DNA of 64,000 nt, from positions 256,001 through 320,000 of the forward strand of contig OZ244922.1 in the NCBI GenBank assembly GCA_965221905.1, in the 5' to 3' direction. The notes below the pieces were generated by a model. It was not told where the DNA came from, did not search any database, and saw only the letters and a program-made list of their open reading frames with translations. The stretch is from Chloroflexota bacterium. Lineage in GTDB: Bacteria > Chloroflexota > UBA11872 > VXOZ01. Positions 49,570-59,039 of the stretch are shown here, in pieces (within the stretch, counting starts at the first letter, position 1; each line of letters opens with the position of its first letter). Position numbers and translations under genes: made by a program.

Positions 49570-51618
49570 TCAAAGCAGCTCTCTATTGAACGACTCGACC
49601 CAATGGCGCTGGTGGTGGGGGAGGCCGTTGATGCGGACGTCCAGGTCTATGGAGACGTGGATGGCGTCGTGGGTGCTGCGGACGTTGGCGGACGTATCGA
49701 TGTTGATTACGCTGTCGGTGCGGGTGATGGTCCTGAAGTGTTGGCCTATGGCCGTAGTCTCTGCGGGATTGCGGTTGTTGGCCCACACCTCCAGCCGAGA
49801 CTCCATTTTGACGGTCATATCGGCGCTGGCCCGGCTCTCGCCAACGAGATGTAACCGTAGGCCGGTGCGGTCTCGCATCATGTCCTGGGTAATCTCCCAG
49901 GGGATTTCGCGGGGCGATGCCTCCGGGTATGTGCGCGGCGCGGCGGAAGGCTCGTACGCCATCTCGTCGGGCGGCAGCTCTCCGGCGGGGGCGTCCCGCG
50001 TGGGCACAACCGGCAGCTCCAGGTACGACTCACGTCCACTGTCCCGGTAGATGCGGTTCGTGCCGTTATAGGGAGTCGGCCACAGGTTTGGAAAGTCCGC
50101 GCTGCTTATAGAGAGCCGGATCCTGTGCCCTCGCTCAAACCTCCATGCCGTAGCGTCCAGGTCCACGTGCAGCTCGTAGATCTCGCCCGGTTCCATAGGC
50201 TCCGGGTCTGTGAGCGAGTCGCGCCGCGTCCCGTTCAGCACGCCAATTGTGACCTGCGCGCTGGTACCGTCCGGCGCGACGTCTGAGAGCCGGGCCACGA
50301 ACGCCATAACGGGTGCCGTGGAACTGACGTGGAGCACGGCCTTGCCCATGCCGATGATTTCCAGCGGTTCGTCCAATGGCGCGGAGGTGTAGTTCGCCGC
50401 GTAGACTTCGTCCACGCGCTGGTCGCTCGGTAGTCCAAAGGGGACGCCCGCGCTCCACAGGCCGCTCGCTATCCCCACGGACGGCCGGTATGCGTACTCC
50501 TCGTAGCCGCGGTGGGTCATGTCCGGGTTTTCCGGCGTAAGCTCGCTGCCGAGATTGAGCCGCTGTGAACGCCCACCGGGAATGGGGAAATTCGGCTCGC
50601 AGCGCCAGTAGCCGGAAGTGTGGGTGCGGTAGGGTTCCGGCACGTCGAACGTCTGCACGTAGACGTTGACGGCCGGCTCGTCCATGATGCCGTTGTCTAT
50701 CCCCTTGAGCCAGTAGTCGCACCACCGCACGGTGAGATGCTCGCGCGCCAGCGACGGTCCGGGTGTTTCGCAGTCCGGGCTGGAGTGATTCCAGGGGCCG
50801 ATGAGCACTTTGCTCGGCGCGGTCATGTGCTGCGCCGTCCTGAGCGGGGCGTTACAGTAGCCGTCACGCCAGCCGCCGATAAGCAGCGCCGAGGCCTTGA
50901 TCTCGTGGTAGCGGCCCCGAATGCTGCCGTGCCGCCAGTATTCCCCGTCTGTCTGATTCGCGAGCCACGTGAGCAGATATGGATTGTTCTGCTCCAGGCG
51001 CTGCTCCCAAAGCTCGGCCCAACGGTCGCCGCTGTATTCGGGGTAGGGCGGCATTGCGTTCATGCCGACCATGGAGCTGCCGTATGCGCCTATGTCGTAG
51101 TAACAGCGTAGAGCCCCGCCACGGTAGTGACAGTCGTCTGTGTACCGGTCGTCGGTGTAGTTCCAGGGGATGATCGTTTCCAGATGAGGCGGCGCCAAGG
51201 CAGCGACCTGCACGCTGGTAAACCCGCCGTAGGAGCCGCCGGTCATTGCCACTTTGCCGTCGCACCAGTCCTGCGCGGCGATCCATTCGACCACGTCGTA
51301 ACCGTCGCGGATTTCCACGGGGCGGTACTCGTCGTCGTTTGAGCCTTCGCTGGAGCCGGTGCCCCGGCAGTCGACGCGGGCGCCGACGTAGCCGTGCTGC
51401 GCCCAGTGGTGTTGCATCCCAACTAGGGGCTCCTGGTCGTCCTTGCGGTACGGAATGTAGGTGAGGATCACGGGCCACGGGCCTTCCCCGGCCGGCACGT
51501 GAATGTCCAGCGCGAGCTTGGTACCGTCGCGGGTGGGCGCCATGATGTTCTTCACGAAGCTGATGCCTTCCCCACTGACTGCCATAGGCCTTACGCCTGA
51601 GTAGGTCTCATCTGCCAT
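49570..51618 (-). CDS. CocE/NonD family hydrolase (peptidase S15)
   Basis: PYRKD, DCRGTGSSEG, GGSYGG, GGWRDGY, IGPWNH, PepX_C-type C-terminus. Confidence 0.92.
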   Translation of the reverse strand: MADETYSGVRPMAVSGEGISFVKNIMAPTRDGTKLALDIHVPAGEGPWPVILTYIPYRKDDQEPLVGMQHHWAQHGYVGARVDCRGTGSSEGSNDDEYRPVEIRDGYDVVEWIAAQDWCDGKVAMTGGSYGGFTSVQVAALAPPHLETIIPWNYTDDRYTDDCHYRGGALRCYYDIGAYGSSMVGMNAMPPYPEYSGDRWAELWEQRLEQNNPYLLTWLANQTDGEYWRHGSIRGRYHEIKASALLIGGWRDGYCNAPLRTAQHMTAPSKVLIGPWNHSSPDCETPGPSLAREHLTVRWCDYWLKGIDNGIMDEPAVNVYVQTFDVPEPYRTHTSGYWRCEPNFPIPGGRSQRLNLGSELTPENPDMTHRGYEEYAYRPSVGIASGLWSAGVPFGLPSDQRVDEVYAANYTSAPLDEPLEIIGMGKAVLHVSSTAPVMAFVARLSDVAPDGTSAQVTIGVLNGTRRDSLTDPEPMEPGEIYELHVDLDATAWRFERGHRIRLSISSADFPNLWPTPYNGTNRIYRDSGRESYLELPVVPTRDAPAGELPPDEMAYEPSAAPRTYPEASPREIPWEITQDMMRDRTGLRLHLVGESRASADMTVKMESRLEVWANNRNPAETTAIGQHFRTITRTDSVINIDTSANVRSTHDAIHVSIDLDVRINGLPHHQRHWVESFNRELL

Positions 51619-51731
51619 TTACATGTCTCCCATCCAACTGAGTCCGTCTAGCGGAATACCGGCTTGAGGCCCGGGTGATAGATTTCGAGTATTCATACCG
51701 CCAGCGTCACCCCGCTGTCTGCGAACTCGTC

Positions 51732-52304
51732 TTACTCTTCGCTTTCCTGACCCTCGTGCGCTTGGCAGAGCGGGCAGTGGCCGGGGGTGCTGACGTGGAC
51801 GCCGCACAGAGTGCAGCGGTCCGACTCTTGCGCTTCTTCGCCAGCCAGGCGAGCGAGGGCTTGCTGGCGAACGGCCGGATTCTCGATGAGATCGATGGCT
51901 TGGCGCAGCCGCCTTTCGCGGTCGGCATCGTCGACTGTGGCGGTCGCCTGGGGCGAAGCCTTCTGTGAGGGTGGGAGTTGTGTTCCCGTTGGTGTGCGGG
52001 TTGGCGGCCGCTGACCGCGAACGCGGAGATCGAGTTTGGTGACGAGCGGACGCCCTAATTTCGTATTTAGTTCGCGCGTAAGTTGCGGCACGCGCATGTG
52101 CAGCTCGTGTACGGCGGCGGAAGAGGGGGTCTGGATCGTCAATGTGCCCTGCTGGAAGCGGAGCGGACGAGCGTCACGGGCATGGGCCGGGAGGCTGGCA
52201 GCGATGGTACGCCACGCGGCAAACACCGCCGACCGCATGAGCGGTTCGGAGATGCCAAGCTCGTCGATCATGCCCGGCAGCACGTCTTTAAGCGCCTTGA
52301 ACAT
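51732..52304 (-). CDS. dciA: DUF721/DciA family protein with a C-terminal Zn-ribbon
   Basis: W...ARPLRFQQGTLTI..PSSAAVHEL..LNTKLG..V; CTLC...CPLC. Confidence 0.75.
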   Translation of the reverse strand: MFKALKDVLPGMIDELGISEPLMRSAVFAAWRTIAASLPAHARDARPLRFQQGTLTIQTPSSAAVHELHMRVPQLTRELNTKLGRPLVTKLDLRVRGQRPPTRTPTGTQLPPSQKASPQATATVDDADRERRLRQAIDLIENPAVRQQALARLAGEEAQESDRCTLCGVHVSTPGHCPLCQAHEGQESEE

Positions 52305-52769
52305 GCCGTATCCCTCCCTCCTCACAGCCTAGCACAGCCCAGCAAGAGTGCGCTCTATTGTGTTAATCTAATCAGGTTGAAAGTGATGCGCGGCATAGGG
52401 GATAGTGCACAAAACCACAATGGCGGCGAGAGAGACTAATGAGAGTGGCGATACGCAGGCATTGCCGTTGCTCGCGGCTGTAGGTCAAGAGTTCCGCCGA
52501 AGCTTCTCATGCCCTTGTAATTCGGAGCTGAAAGGATTGGACTTAGATTGGGCAAGAGTGAGCTAACGGTCTTGCCCATGCCTAGGCGGTCACTCAAACT
52601 GTCACACTGAGGAACCATTCGGCAGGCTCAGGATAGTCTCCGCGACGAAGAATCTAGAGTGGTAAGTTTTCTTGAATCCTCGCTTGGCTCGGAATTGTAG
52701 GTGTTGACTAATTCGTTGACAGATTTTTCAATCCAGTTAACGCCCTGGAAAGTTGAAGACGGTCAGTTC

Positions 52770-52860
52770 CGTCATTCCGGCGAAAGCCGGAATCCATCTT
52801 CAATGCACCCCTTAGACTCCGGCCCCGATTCTACCAGGGGGCAGGCTTTGCGCCGGAGTA
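52770..52860. repeat. Inverted family A pair; the second copy carries a 23-nt insert
   Basis: cgtcattccggcgaaagccggaatccat ... agactccggc[23 nt]tttgcgccggagt. Confidence 0.8.
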
Positions 52861-53311
52861 GCGGATTTCGTGACGCTTACCATGTTCGTTCTTGTTGCAT
52901 GCGCTGTCACTGCTCGTGACAGAACCACCTACTGGGTAAGGCAGCCGATTGGTAGTCATTGCTTCCTGCCGTTTCATGCTCCCATTCTGCCAACGAATTA
53001 CCTGGCAATTACAGGAATGACAAGAAGCGCAACTTTATGAACGATCAAGTCTAAATCTACTGATCCCGTTGTGATTTCGATTTGCACACCTGGTGAGCAA
53101 TTGCTTATAATGGTTCAGACCAAGGGTAACTATACCCATGGTCATCCTTTTCAGTTCTCTTGTCACGTTAGGTTCCCGTCCTAAATTCCAGATTTCCGTT
53201 TTACGAGCCGATTAATTCTACTACCTAAGGCGGGCTGTTTAGGCCGGTCTTGGAAATCAACTCTCTCTTCATCTCATCGTTCTACTATGCGCTCTACAAC
53301 GGAGACCCTTT

Positions 53312-54613
53312 GTGCGGCTCCTCCTCGCGTCTCTCTTTCTGCTGCTTCTTGTTGCTTTCTCTGCCACATCGGTACACGCCACAGACTGTCAGTTCGTGCT
53401 CGGCTTCGAGACTCTGCGCGAACTGATCGGTCACGACGTAGTTGGCGAGTGCCTGGAGAACGAGCACTACGAAGCCAACGGTGATGGACTGCAACAGACC
53501 GCGGGCGGCCTTCTTGTCTGGCGCAAAGCAGATAACTGGACCGCTTTCACCGACGGCTACCGCACGTGGATAAACGGTCCCAACGGTCTTGAACAGCGTC
53601 TCAACACCGAGCGCTTCGAGTGGGAGTATGACTACGCGCCGGGCGGCGGTATCGCCACGCCAACGCCTACTCCCATGGAACTCAATCCCGAGCACATCCT
53701 CGTTCCCGTGCTAGAAGTGATGCGATCGACGCCAAGTGGAGAGGGCGCCTACCAGGACTTACTCCGATTGGGAGTGGGTATAACCTTTGGCGGCAATCCG
53801 CCCTGGGGAAAGTACATATTTGATGTGCCAAGCAATCGGATAGTGCTTTACGGAAACTATGTACACGAGGCACCGGACACAATTGCTCATCTTGTCGCTG
53901 AGGCGGCTGAGCTTGCAAAGTGGTTCCATGTACACGGCGAGCCGACGACTCCCGAGGAATGCATCGAACGTAAGTACCTAGCCTTGACGTCACGGGAAAT
54001 ATGGTTGACAGAGTTTAACGGTTACTCTCCGGTGTCGGATGTGGAGAGGCGTTTGCGAGCGGAACAATACGTGCATCACCGCATTCATCGCGATTCGGAA
54101 TTCTGCCCTGCCGTGCCAAGAGCGTCTGCGCGAGATGCGCATATTGCGCAAACGCTTGAGACCATGCGCCAGACGGCGACCGGTAGGCGCGTACATGATT
54201 GGTTCGTAGAATCCGGTGTGAGTGCGTACTTTGATCAGATAGAATACCGTGGCGGTGTCTACTCTCCAAGGAATAACTACATTGCAATCCACGAAGCCCA
54301 CCGCAATAGCCCGGTGAACGCCGCCGCCTGGTTCGTGCACGAGACCATTCATGCGATGACACACGACGAACCAGAGTCTCAGGAAGAGTGCTATAGGCAA
54401 GAAGAGCGTGCGTTTAGCTGGCAAGCCCAATGGTGGATGGAGTACTTTGGCAATGGCGGGAGCGGGTTGCAGGATGAAGACTCTAAGTCACAGGACTCTA
54501 TCTTGAGGGACTACCTCGGTGGAATACTGCTCAACGCTATCCGGGGAACACGGGCCTACCAGGACTATTGTGGCGCTTACCACGCCGGCGACATACCCTT
54601 GCAAATGCATTGA
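53312..54613 (+). CDS. Secreted protein: N-terminal 'CQFVLGF' domain plus two zincin-like repeats
   Basis: Signal peptide (VHA-T), TPTPTP linker, HETIH motif in the second repeat. Confidence 0.75.
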   Translation: MRLLLASLFLLLLVAFSATSVHATDCQFVLGFETLRELIGHDVVGECLENEHYEANGDGLQQTAGGLLVWRKADNWTAFTDGYRTWINGPNGLEQRLNTERFEWEYDYAPGGGIATPTPTPMELNPEHILVPVLEVMRSTPSGEGAYQDLLRLGVGITFGGNPPWGKYIFDVPSNRIVLYGNYVHEAPDTIAHLVAEAAELAKWFHVHGEPTTPEECIERKYLALTSREIWLTEFNGYSPVSDVERRLRAEQYVHHRIHRDSEFCPAVPRASARDAHIAQTLETMRQTATGRRVHDWFVESGVSAYFDQIEYRGGVYSPRNNYIAIHEAHRNSPVNAAAWFVHETIHAMTHDEPESQEECYRQEERAFSWQAQWWMEYFGNGGSGLQDEDSKSQDSILRDYLGGILLNAIRGTRAYQDYCGAYHAGDIPLQMH

Positions 54614-54808
54614 CTGCAGCGGAAGACACATTCTTAGTGGCTGTACTGGGCACTATTTCGCTGCAAGCTAGTTGTTTCGTGTAGCTTCTTACGGCGCACT
54701 TTTCCTGGGAGGGGGCCGCGGGAAAAGATGGTTGTATGAACTTGCTTCCGAGGGAGCCAGTTGACACGTTCAACAAGCTTTGGGAGGATGAAGCAGAGGG
54801 AGTATTGT

Positions 54809-55026
54809 ATGGATGGCCTATCGGACTGGGTTCAAGTGATTGTCGCTATCGTGGCGCTCTTGGGTCTACTTTGGCGATTGAAACCTGCATCTCAGGATTA
54901 GAATCACGCTTAGGTGAGCGCATTGCCCATCTTGAAGCAAGTTCCGCTGGCTTGTTGAGTCGGCTTTCGCGGATTGAAAACGTGCTGGACCAGTTCTTGA
55001 TGCGGACTGGCAGGGGGGAGCAATGA
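54809..55026 (+). pseudogene. Small TM + coiled-coil protein with a 1-nt frameshift near 54880
   Basis: MDGLSDWVQVIVAIVALLGLLWRL | ETCISGLESRLGERIAHLE...RLSRIENVLD; GAGGGAG RBS. Confidence 0.55.
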
Positions 55027-55358
55027 AAGTGCCCAGTGGGGATAGCATGCTGGAAGAGGTCACCGGAAATATCATAGAGCTTTGCCAGCATAATGATGTT
55101 CCTCATACAACTGGTATCATTCACAGCGATGGCAAGAACATTGACTTCGAGATATATGGGGTGCCTGAGAATCCTAAGCACCAGAATGCTCGTGATGCAT
55201 ACGCTGCGAAGCGTGCCGTTACCTTAGCAGGTTTATTGCTGAGTTATTTGAAAGAGCATGAATTTGTGCGCACATACGTAACAGCCGGGAGAAATCTGGC
55301 TGAAGTTTCCGGGGAGCCGACGACTTACCTGGATGTCTCAGAAGTGCGTGTACTGTAG
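55023..55358 (+). CDS. Hypothetical protein
   Basis: 111-aa globular-looking ORF, ATGA-coupled, GGGGAG RBS. Confidence 0.55.
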   Translation: MKVPSGDSMLEEVTGNIIELCQHNDVPHTTGIIHSDGKNIDFEIYGVPENPKHQNARDAYAAKRAVTLAGLLLSYLKEHEFVRTYVTAGRNLAEVSGEPTTYLDVSEVRVL

Positions 55359-55888
55359 TCCCTGCACAGACTCCTAGTCTGGAGTAGCATAGTGGGCGCA
55401 GAAAATCTGGATTTGGTTGTCCTTGCGGCAACGCCGTCTTGGTGGTCGACATTGCCGAGTTGTTGCTAGGCCGGTAACATTGTGGATCTCTGGCAGGAAC
55501 AGGTTGTTTCTGTCGCAAGTCTTTGGCAGCGCCATATTCTTCCTTTCCCTCTCAGATTCAGGCTGTCTTTTCTTGCCTACTCTTAGGCGCATTGTTCCGC
55601 AGATAAGCTAACCGCTTTATTTGGTGGCTCTAGCCAGACCTACTCAGTCTTGAACTACTGATTGCGCGGAAGTTCTACGAAACTATGTGCTCATTGCGAG
55701 ACAAAGCGGTCGCAGTGCGCCCCGCTAAGAAGAAGAACTTTGGATGATGTTCCACCCGAAGCGCCAGGAAATGTGTCGAATTTCATCATATCTTCGAGGT
55801 CCAGAACGCGTATTAGCGGGTCGCCTAGGCGTAGAATGCTTGGGCGGGTTCTCTTGAGAGCGGGGGTAGTCCCAGGTAGAGTTGCTCA

Positions 55889-57073
55889 TTAAGGGAGAGT
55901 CACCGTATCGTCCGCGACACGCAGGATTTGTGCCGAATCCAGGACGGTCTGCGAGAATTGCCGGAGGTCGGAGGTGGTGGCGAACACTTGGACGTTGGGA
56001 GCAAGGGACGCGAGGACGTGTTGGCGGCGCTGGGCATCTAGTTCGGAGAGAAAATCATCTAGAAGAATGACCGGCCACTCGCCGGACTCCGCGTGGAGCA
56101 GGGAAACCTCGGTGAGCTTGAGGGTGAGGGCTGCGAGCCGTTGTTCGCCGCGGGAACCGAAGGTAGCCAGAGGGTGTTCGCTGCGCAGGAAGGTAAGATC
56201 GTCACGATGCGGGCCCACGACCGTGACCGCTTGTGCGCGCTCGCGGGGCGCCTGCTCCTCGAGGGCGGCGGCAAACGCTGCCTGAATCTCTGCCAGCCAG
56301 GCTTGCGGTAAAGCGCTGCTGCGAAGCTCGGCGGGGAGGTGCGGTGTTTCTGGGAGCGGCACGGTCGATTCGTAGCGTAGGCGCAGGTCGGTAGCAGTTC
56401 CTATGAGCGTGTCGTAGCGGGTGGAGAGTGGTTCTGCTACGTGTTCAACGAAGACCACGCGGAGGGCAGTAATCAATGCTCCCAAAGTCGTAAGCTCACG
56501 GTTCCATGCTGCAAGCTGCCGCTGGTCGCGGGTCGATCCGTCGCGCAGGGCGCGCAACAGTGCGTTCCGCTCCGCCATCACGTGCTCGTAGTTTTGCAGC
56601 ATGCGTAAGTATTGCGAATCAATGCGGCTGAGCAGGTAATCGAGATAGCGCCGCCGGCTACTGGGTGGACCGTCCACCAACGCGATATCATGGGGCGTAA
56701 ACAGGACCACGTGCAGGTGTTGCAGGAGGCTCGAAGCGCGACGGGGCACGCCGCCAATGCGGATGCGCTTGCTAAACGCGGAGTCTGGTTGTTCGGCGGC
56801 CCAGATCACCTCTAGCGAGGTTTCATGATCCCCGGCCCCTACTTCTCCGGCCACCCGTGTGTAGGGGCGATCTGGATCCGGCGCGAAGCTGCGCATTTCC
56901 ACATCGGAACGGGCCCGGAAGGAACGGCCTGTGGCTAGGCAGTGCATGGCTTCAAGGATATTCGACTTCCCAGCGCCGTTCGGACCCGTAAAGATCGTCA
57001 ACCCCTGCGCGAGCGAGAGCACGGCGGAGCGATAGTTACGGAAGTTGGTGAGAGAAAGCGCGCTGAGATACAC
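55889..57073 (-). CDS. recF: DNA replication and repair protein RecF
   Basis: NFRNY, GPNGAGKSNILEA, GPHRDDL, GSRGEQR, LLDDFLSELD. Confidence 0.97.
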   Translation of the reverse strand: MYLSALSLTNFRNYRSAVLSLAQGLTIFTGPNGAGKSNILEAMHCLATGRSFRARSDVEMRSFAPDPDRPYTRVAGEVGAGDHETSLEVIWAAEQPDSAFSKRIRIGGVPRRASSLLQHLHVVLFTPHDIALVDGPPSSRRRYLDYLLSRIDSQYLRMLQNYEHVMAERNALLRALRDGSTRDQRQLAAWNRELTTLGALITALRVVFVEHVAEPLSTRYDTLIGTATDLRLRYESTVPLPETPHLPAELRSSALPQAWLAEIQAAFAAALEEQAPRERAQAVTVVGPHRDDLTFLRSEHPLATFGSRGEQRLAALTLKLTEVSLLHAESGEWPVILLDDFLSELDAQRRQHVLASLAPNVQVFATTSDLRQFSQTVLDSAQILRVADDTVTLP

Positions 57074-57111
57074 GGTGCGTCCTTCTGACTGCTGCAGAGT
57101 GAACTGGGGAA

Positions 57112-57127
57112 TGTTTCACGTGAAACA
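57112..57127. promoter_or_regulatory. parS centromere-like site (ParB binding)
   Basis: Perfect consensus palindrome TGTTTCACGTGAAACA. Confidence 0.92.
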
Positions 57128-57165
57128 AACCGGGTTGCCGGTGCGGCAAAGCCGGCGCAGACCGG

Positions 57166-58095
57166 CTAACCCTCGCGCCAGGGCGGCACGTCCCAGGTAT
57201 TCACCCACTCCCATTCCCACTCTATGCGCTTCTCCGGCAGCTTGAGCGCATATTCGATGCCGGCCGTAAAGGGGAGCACCTGGGTCCGCGGGCCGACTTT
57301 CTCGCGATAGTACTCTATGAACGCACCGACGTCACTTGCGTTTGGCGGCCAGTGTCCCTCCGGCACCGGATCCGACTTGCGGTCGGTGCGGTAGTGCACG
57401 GGGATCACAGCGTAGGGCCGTATGTAGTCCACAAAGTCCTCGAGTTCGGTCGATTGGTGTTCCGCACTCGTCGGCGAGAGACCGAGCTTCATGTGAATGG
57501 CAAAGTCCACCCGCCCGCGCAACGCCTGCATCGCCGGATAGGCAGCCCACGCGTCGCCAATGTGCAGAAAAGAGAGATTCAAGGCTTTGTGGGTCACCAA
57601 GAAGCCTAGGTTTGGCAGATCGGGGCGCTGGTTCTCGCCGCTCTCGATGGTTTCCACGTGAAGCGCGCCAAGATCAACGTCGGTCGGACCGGGAAACTCC
57701 CGCGGTTGCGCCGGCCCCGCCCAGGGTCTGCCCCGCTGCTGCTCGTTTTGATGCTGCGGATACATCACCTGTATCTTCTCCGCCGGCACGTGCTTCGTAA
57801 TAGGCAGGTCGCGGGAAAACGCCGCGTCGCCATACTTCTCATCAATCGGCTCGTCCGGCCAAAGGCAGCCCGGCGGCACGAACAACCGCTTGAACCGCTC
57901 GCCCTGACAGAGCTTGCGGAGAGTCTTGGGATGGCAGTGGTCGAAGTGCTCGTGACTGATGAAGATGTAATCGTAGATGGGCTGCGCGTTGTCGAGGTTT
58001 TCGCCAAAGAGATACGGATCGAAGGCAATATTCACATCGCCAAAGCGCACGTCAAAAGCCCCACACCCCCACCACCGCAGCCAAATGCGTTCCAT
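57166..58095 (-). CDS. MBL-fold metallo-hydrolase (UlaG-like)
   Basis: DPY, SHEHFDH, HIGD, VIPVHY. Confidence 0.85.
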   Translation of the reverse strand: MERIWLRWWGCGAFDVRFGDVNIAFDPYLFGENLDNAQPIYDYIFISHEHFDHCHPKTLRKLCQGERFKRLFVPPGCLWPDEPIDEKYGDAAFSRDLPITKHVPAEKIQVMYPQHQNEQQRGRPWAGPAQPREFPGPTDVDLGALHVETIESGENQRPDLPNLGFLVTHKALNLSFLHIGDAWAAYPAMQALRGRVDFAIHMKLGLSPTSAEHQSTELEDFVDYIRPYAVIPVHYRTDRKSDPVPEGHWPPNASDVGAFIEYYREKVGPRTQVLPFTAGIEYALKLPEKRIEWEWEWVNTWDVPPWREG

Positions 58096-58356
58096 GGGCT
58101 TTCATCTACCTTCGTATGTTTACAACTCGACGGATTCAAACCGATTCGAACCCAACGAATGAGGGCAACCCGATAGGCTCCAACCTCAGGATGCGGCTAT
58201 CGCTTTGGTGCGCCTGTACCTTCAGATCGAGATCAGTTTGCGTTCACAGCATAGCACATTGATTGGGACGCTTTGGCCCAGCAGCGCGGAGGGCTGATGT
58301 AACCGGCCAGACGCGCGGCAGCACGCACGATGTGAATGGAACTGACTCACCGAGAA

Positions 58357-58764
58357 TCAGAACAATCCACTGAGGGCCTCCTGGGGAGCCACTGCACGAA
58401 TTGGAGAACGTGCGTAGTCCCTGCCGTTCCGCGTGACAATGTGCCTAGCCCCGCAGGCACGAGCGGCAGCCACCTGCATGGCGTCTTCGAAGTCAGGCAT
58501 TGGTAGCTCGGCGGCATAGCGGATGCTTTCGGTGTCGGTCGTAGCTACCGCCACGAAGCGCGTAAGCTCGACAATGAAGTCGCGCGCGCTCACGCCTCCA
58601 AGCGCTGGAGACACGATGTAATAGAAGTTGGATATGGAGTGCCACGCGATGAAAGCCGCCTCCGCGCCGTGCTCAATCCGGTCCAGCAGTTCCGACGCTG
58701 GTGCGGAATGCGGATGCCTGTCGAGTGCAACGTCTATGAGTACGTCGGTGTCGAGAAGTATCAT
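58357..58764 (-). CDS. PIN-domain (VapC-like) toxin
   Basis: LLDTDVLID, DFEDAMQ, IVTRNGRDY. Confidence 0.92.
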   Translation of the reverse strand: MILLDTDVLIDVALDRHPHSAPASELLDRIEHGAEAAFIAWHSISNFYYIVSPALGGVSARDFIVELTRFVAVATTDTESIRYAAELPMPDFEDAMQVAAARACGARHIVTRNGRDYARSPIRAVAPQEALSGLF

Positions 58765-58988
58765 CGGAGGTACTTATCGGCCAGTGCATCATAGCGCGGA
58801 TCATCATCGCGCTCCGCCGCCCGAAACTTGCCTCGCCACCGCTCGGAAAAGGACGGCTCGTATTCCCCCGCCATTTCCCTGAGAGACTGCTCAACCAGTG
58901 ACGAAAGGGACACGCCCCGAGAACGGGCGTAGCGTTTGGCCACCGGCAGTAGGTCGGCGTCCACCGTAATCGTGAGCTTCTGTTTCAT
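58761..58988 (-). CDS. RHH antitoxin (DUF6364-like)
   Basis: MKQKLTITVD..AKRYAR..SLSSLVE; ATGA overlap with the PIN gene. Confidence 0.88.
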   Translation of the reverse strand: MKQKLTITVDADLLPVAKRYARSRGVSLSSLVEQSLREMAGEYEPSFSERWRGKFRAAERDDDPRYDALADKYLR

Positions 58989-59012
58989 CGTAGCTTGGCA
59001 CCTCCGAAATTA

Positions 59013-59039
59013 GTATACTTATGCTCTATACAAGTATAC
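59013..59039. promoter_or_regulatory. Probable autoregulatory operator of the TA operon
   Basis: Inverted repeat GTATACTT-N11-AAGTATAC just upstream of the antitoxin RBS. Confidence 0.6.

Noticed and set aside
47106-49807. Diversity-generating retroelement template/variable repeat pair
   Set aside because: Differences are mostly synonymous and not adenine-specific; no reverse transcriptase is present
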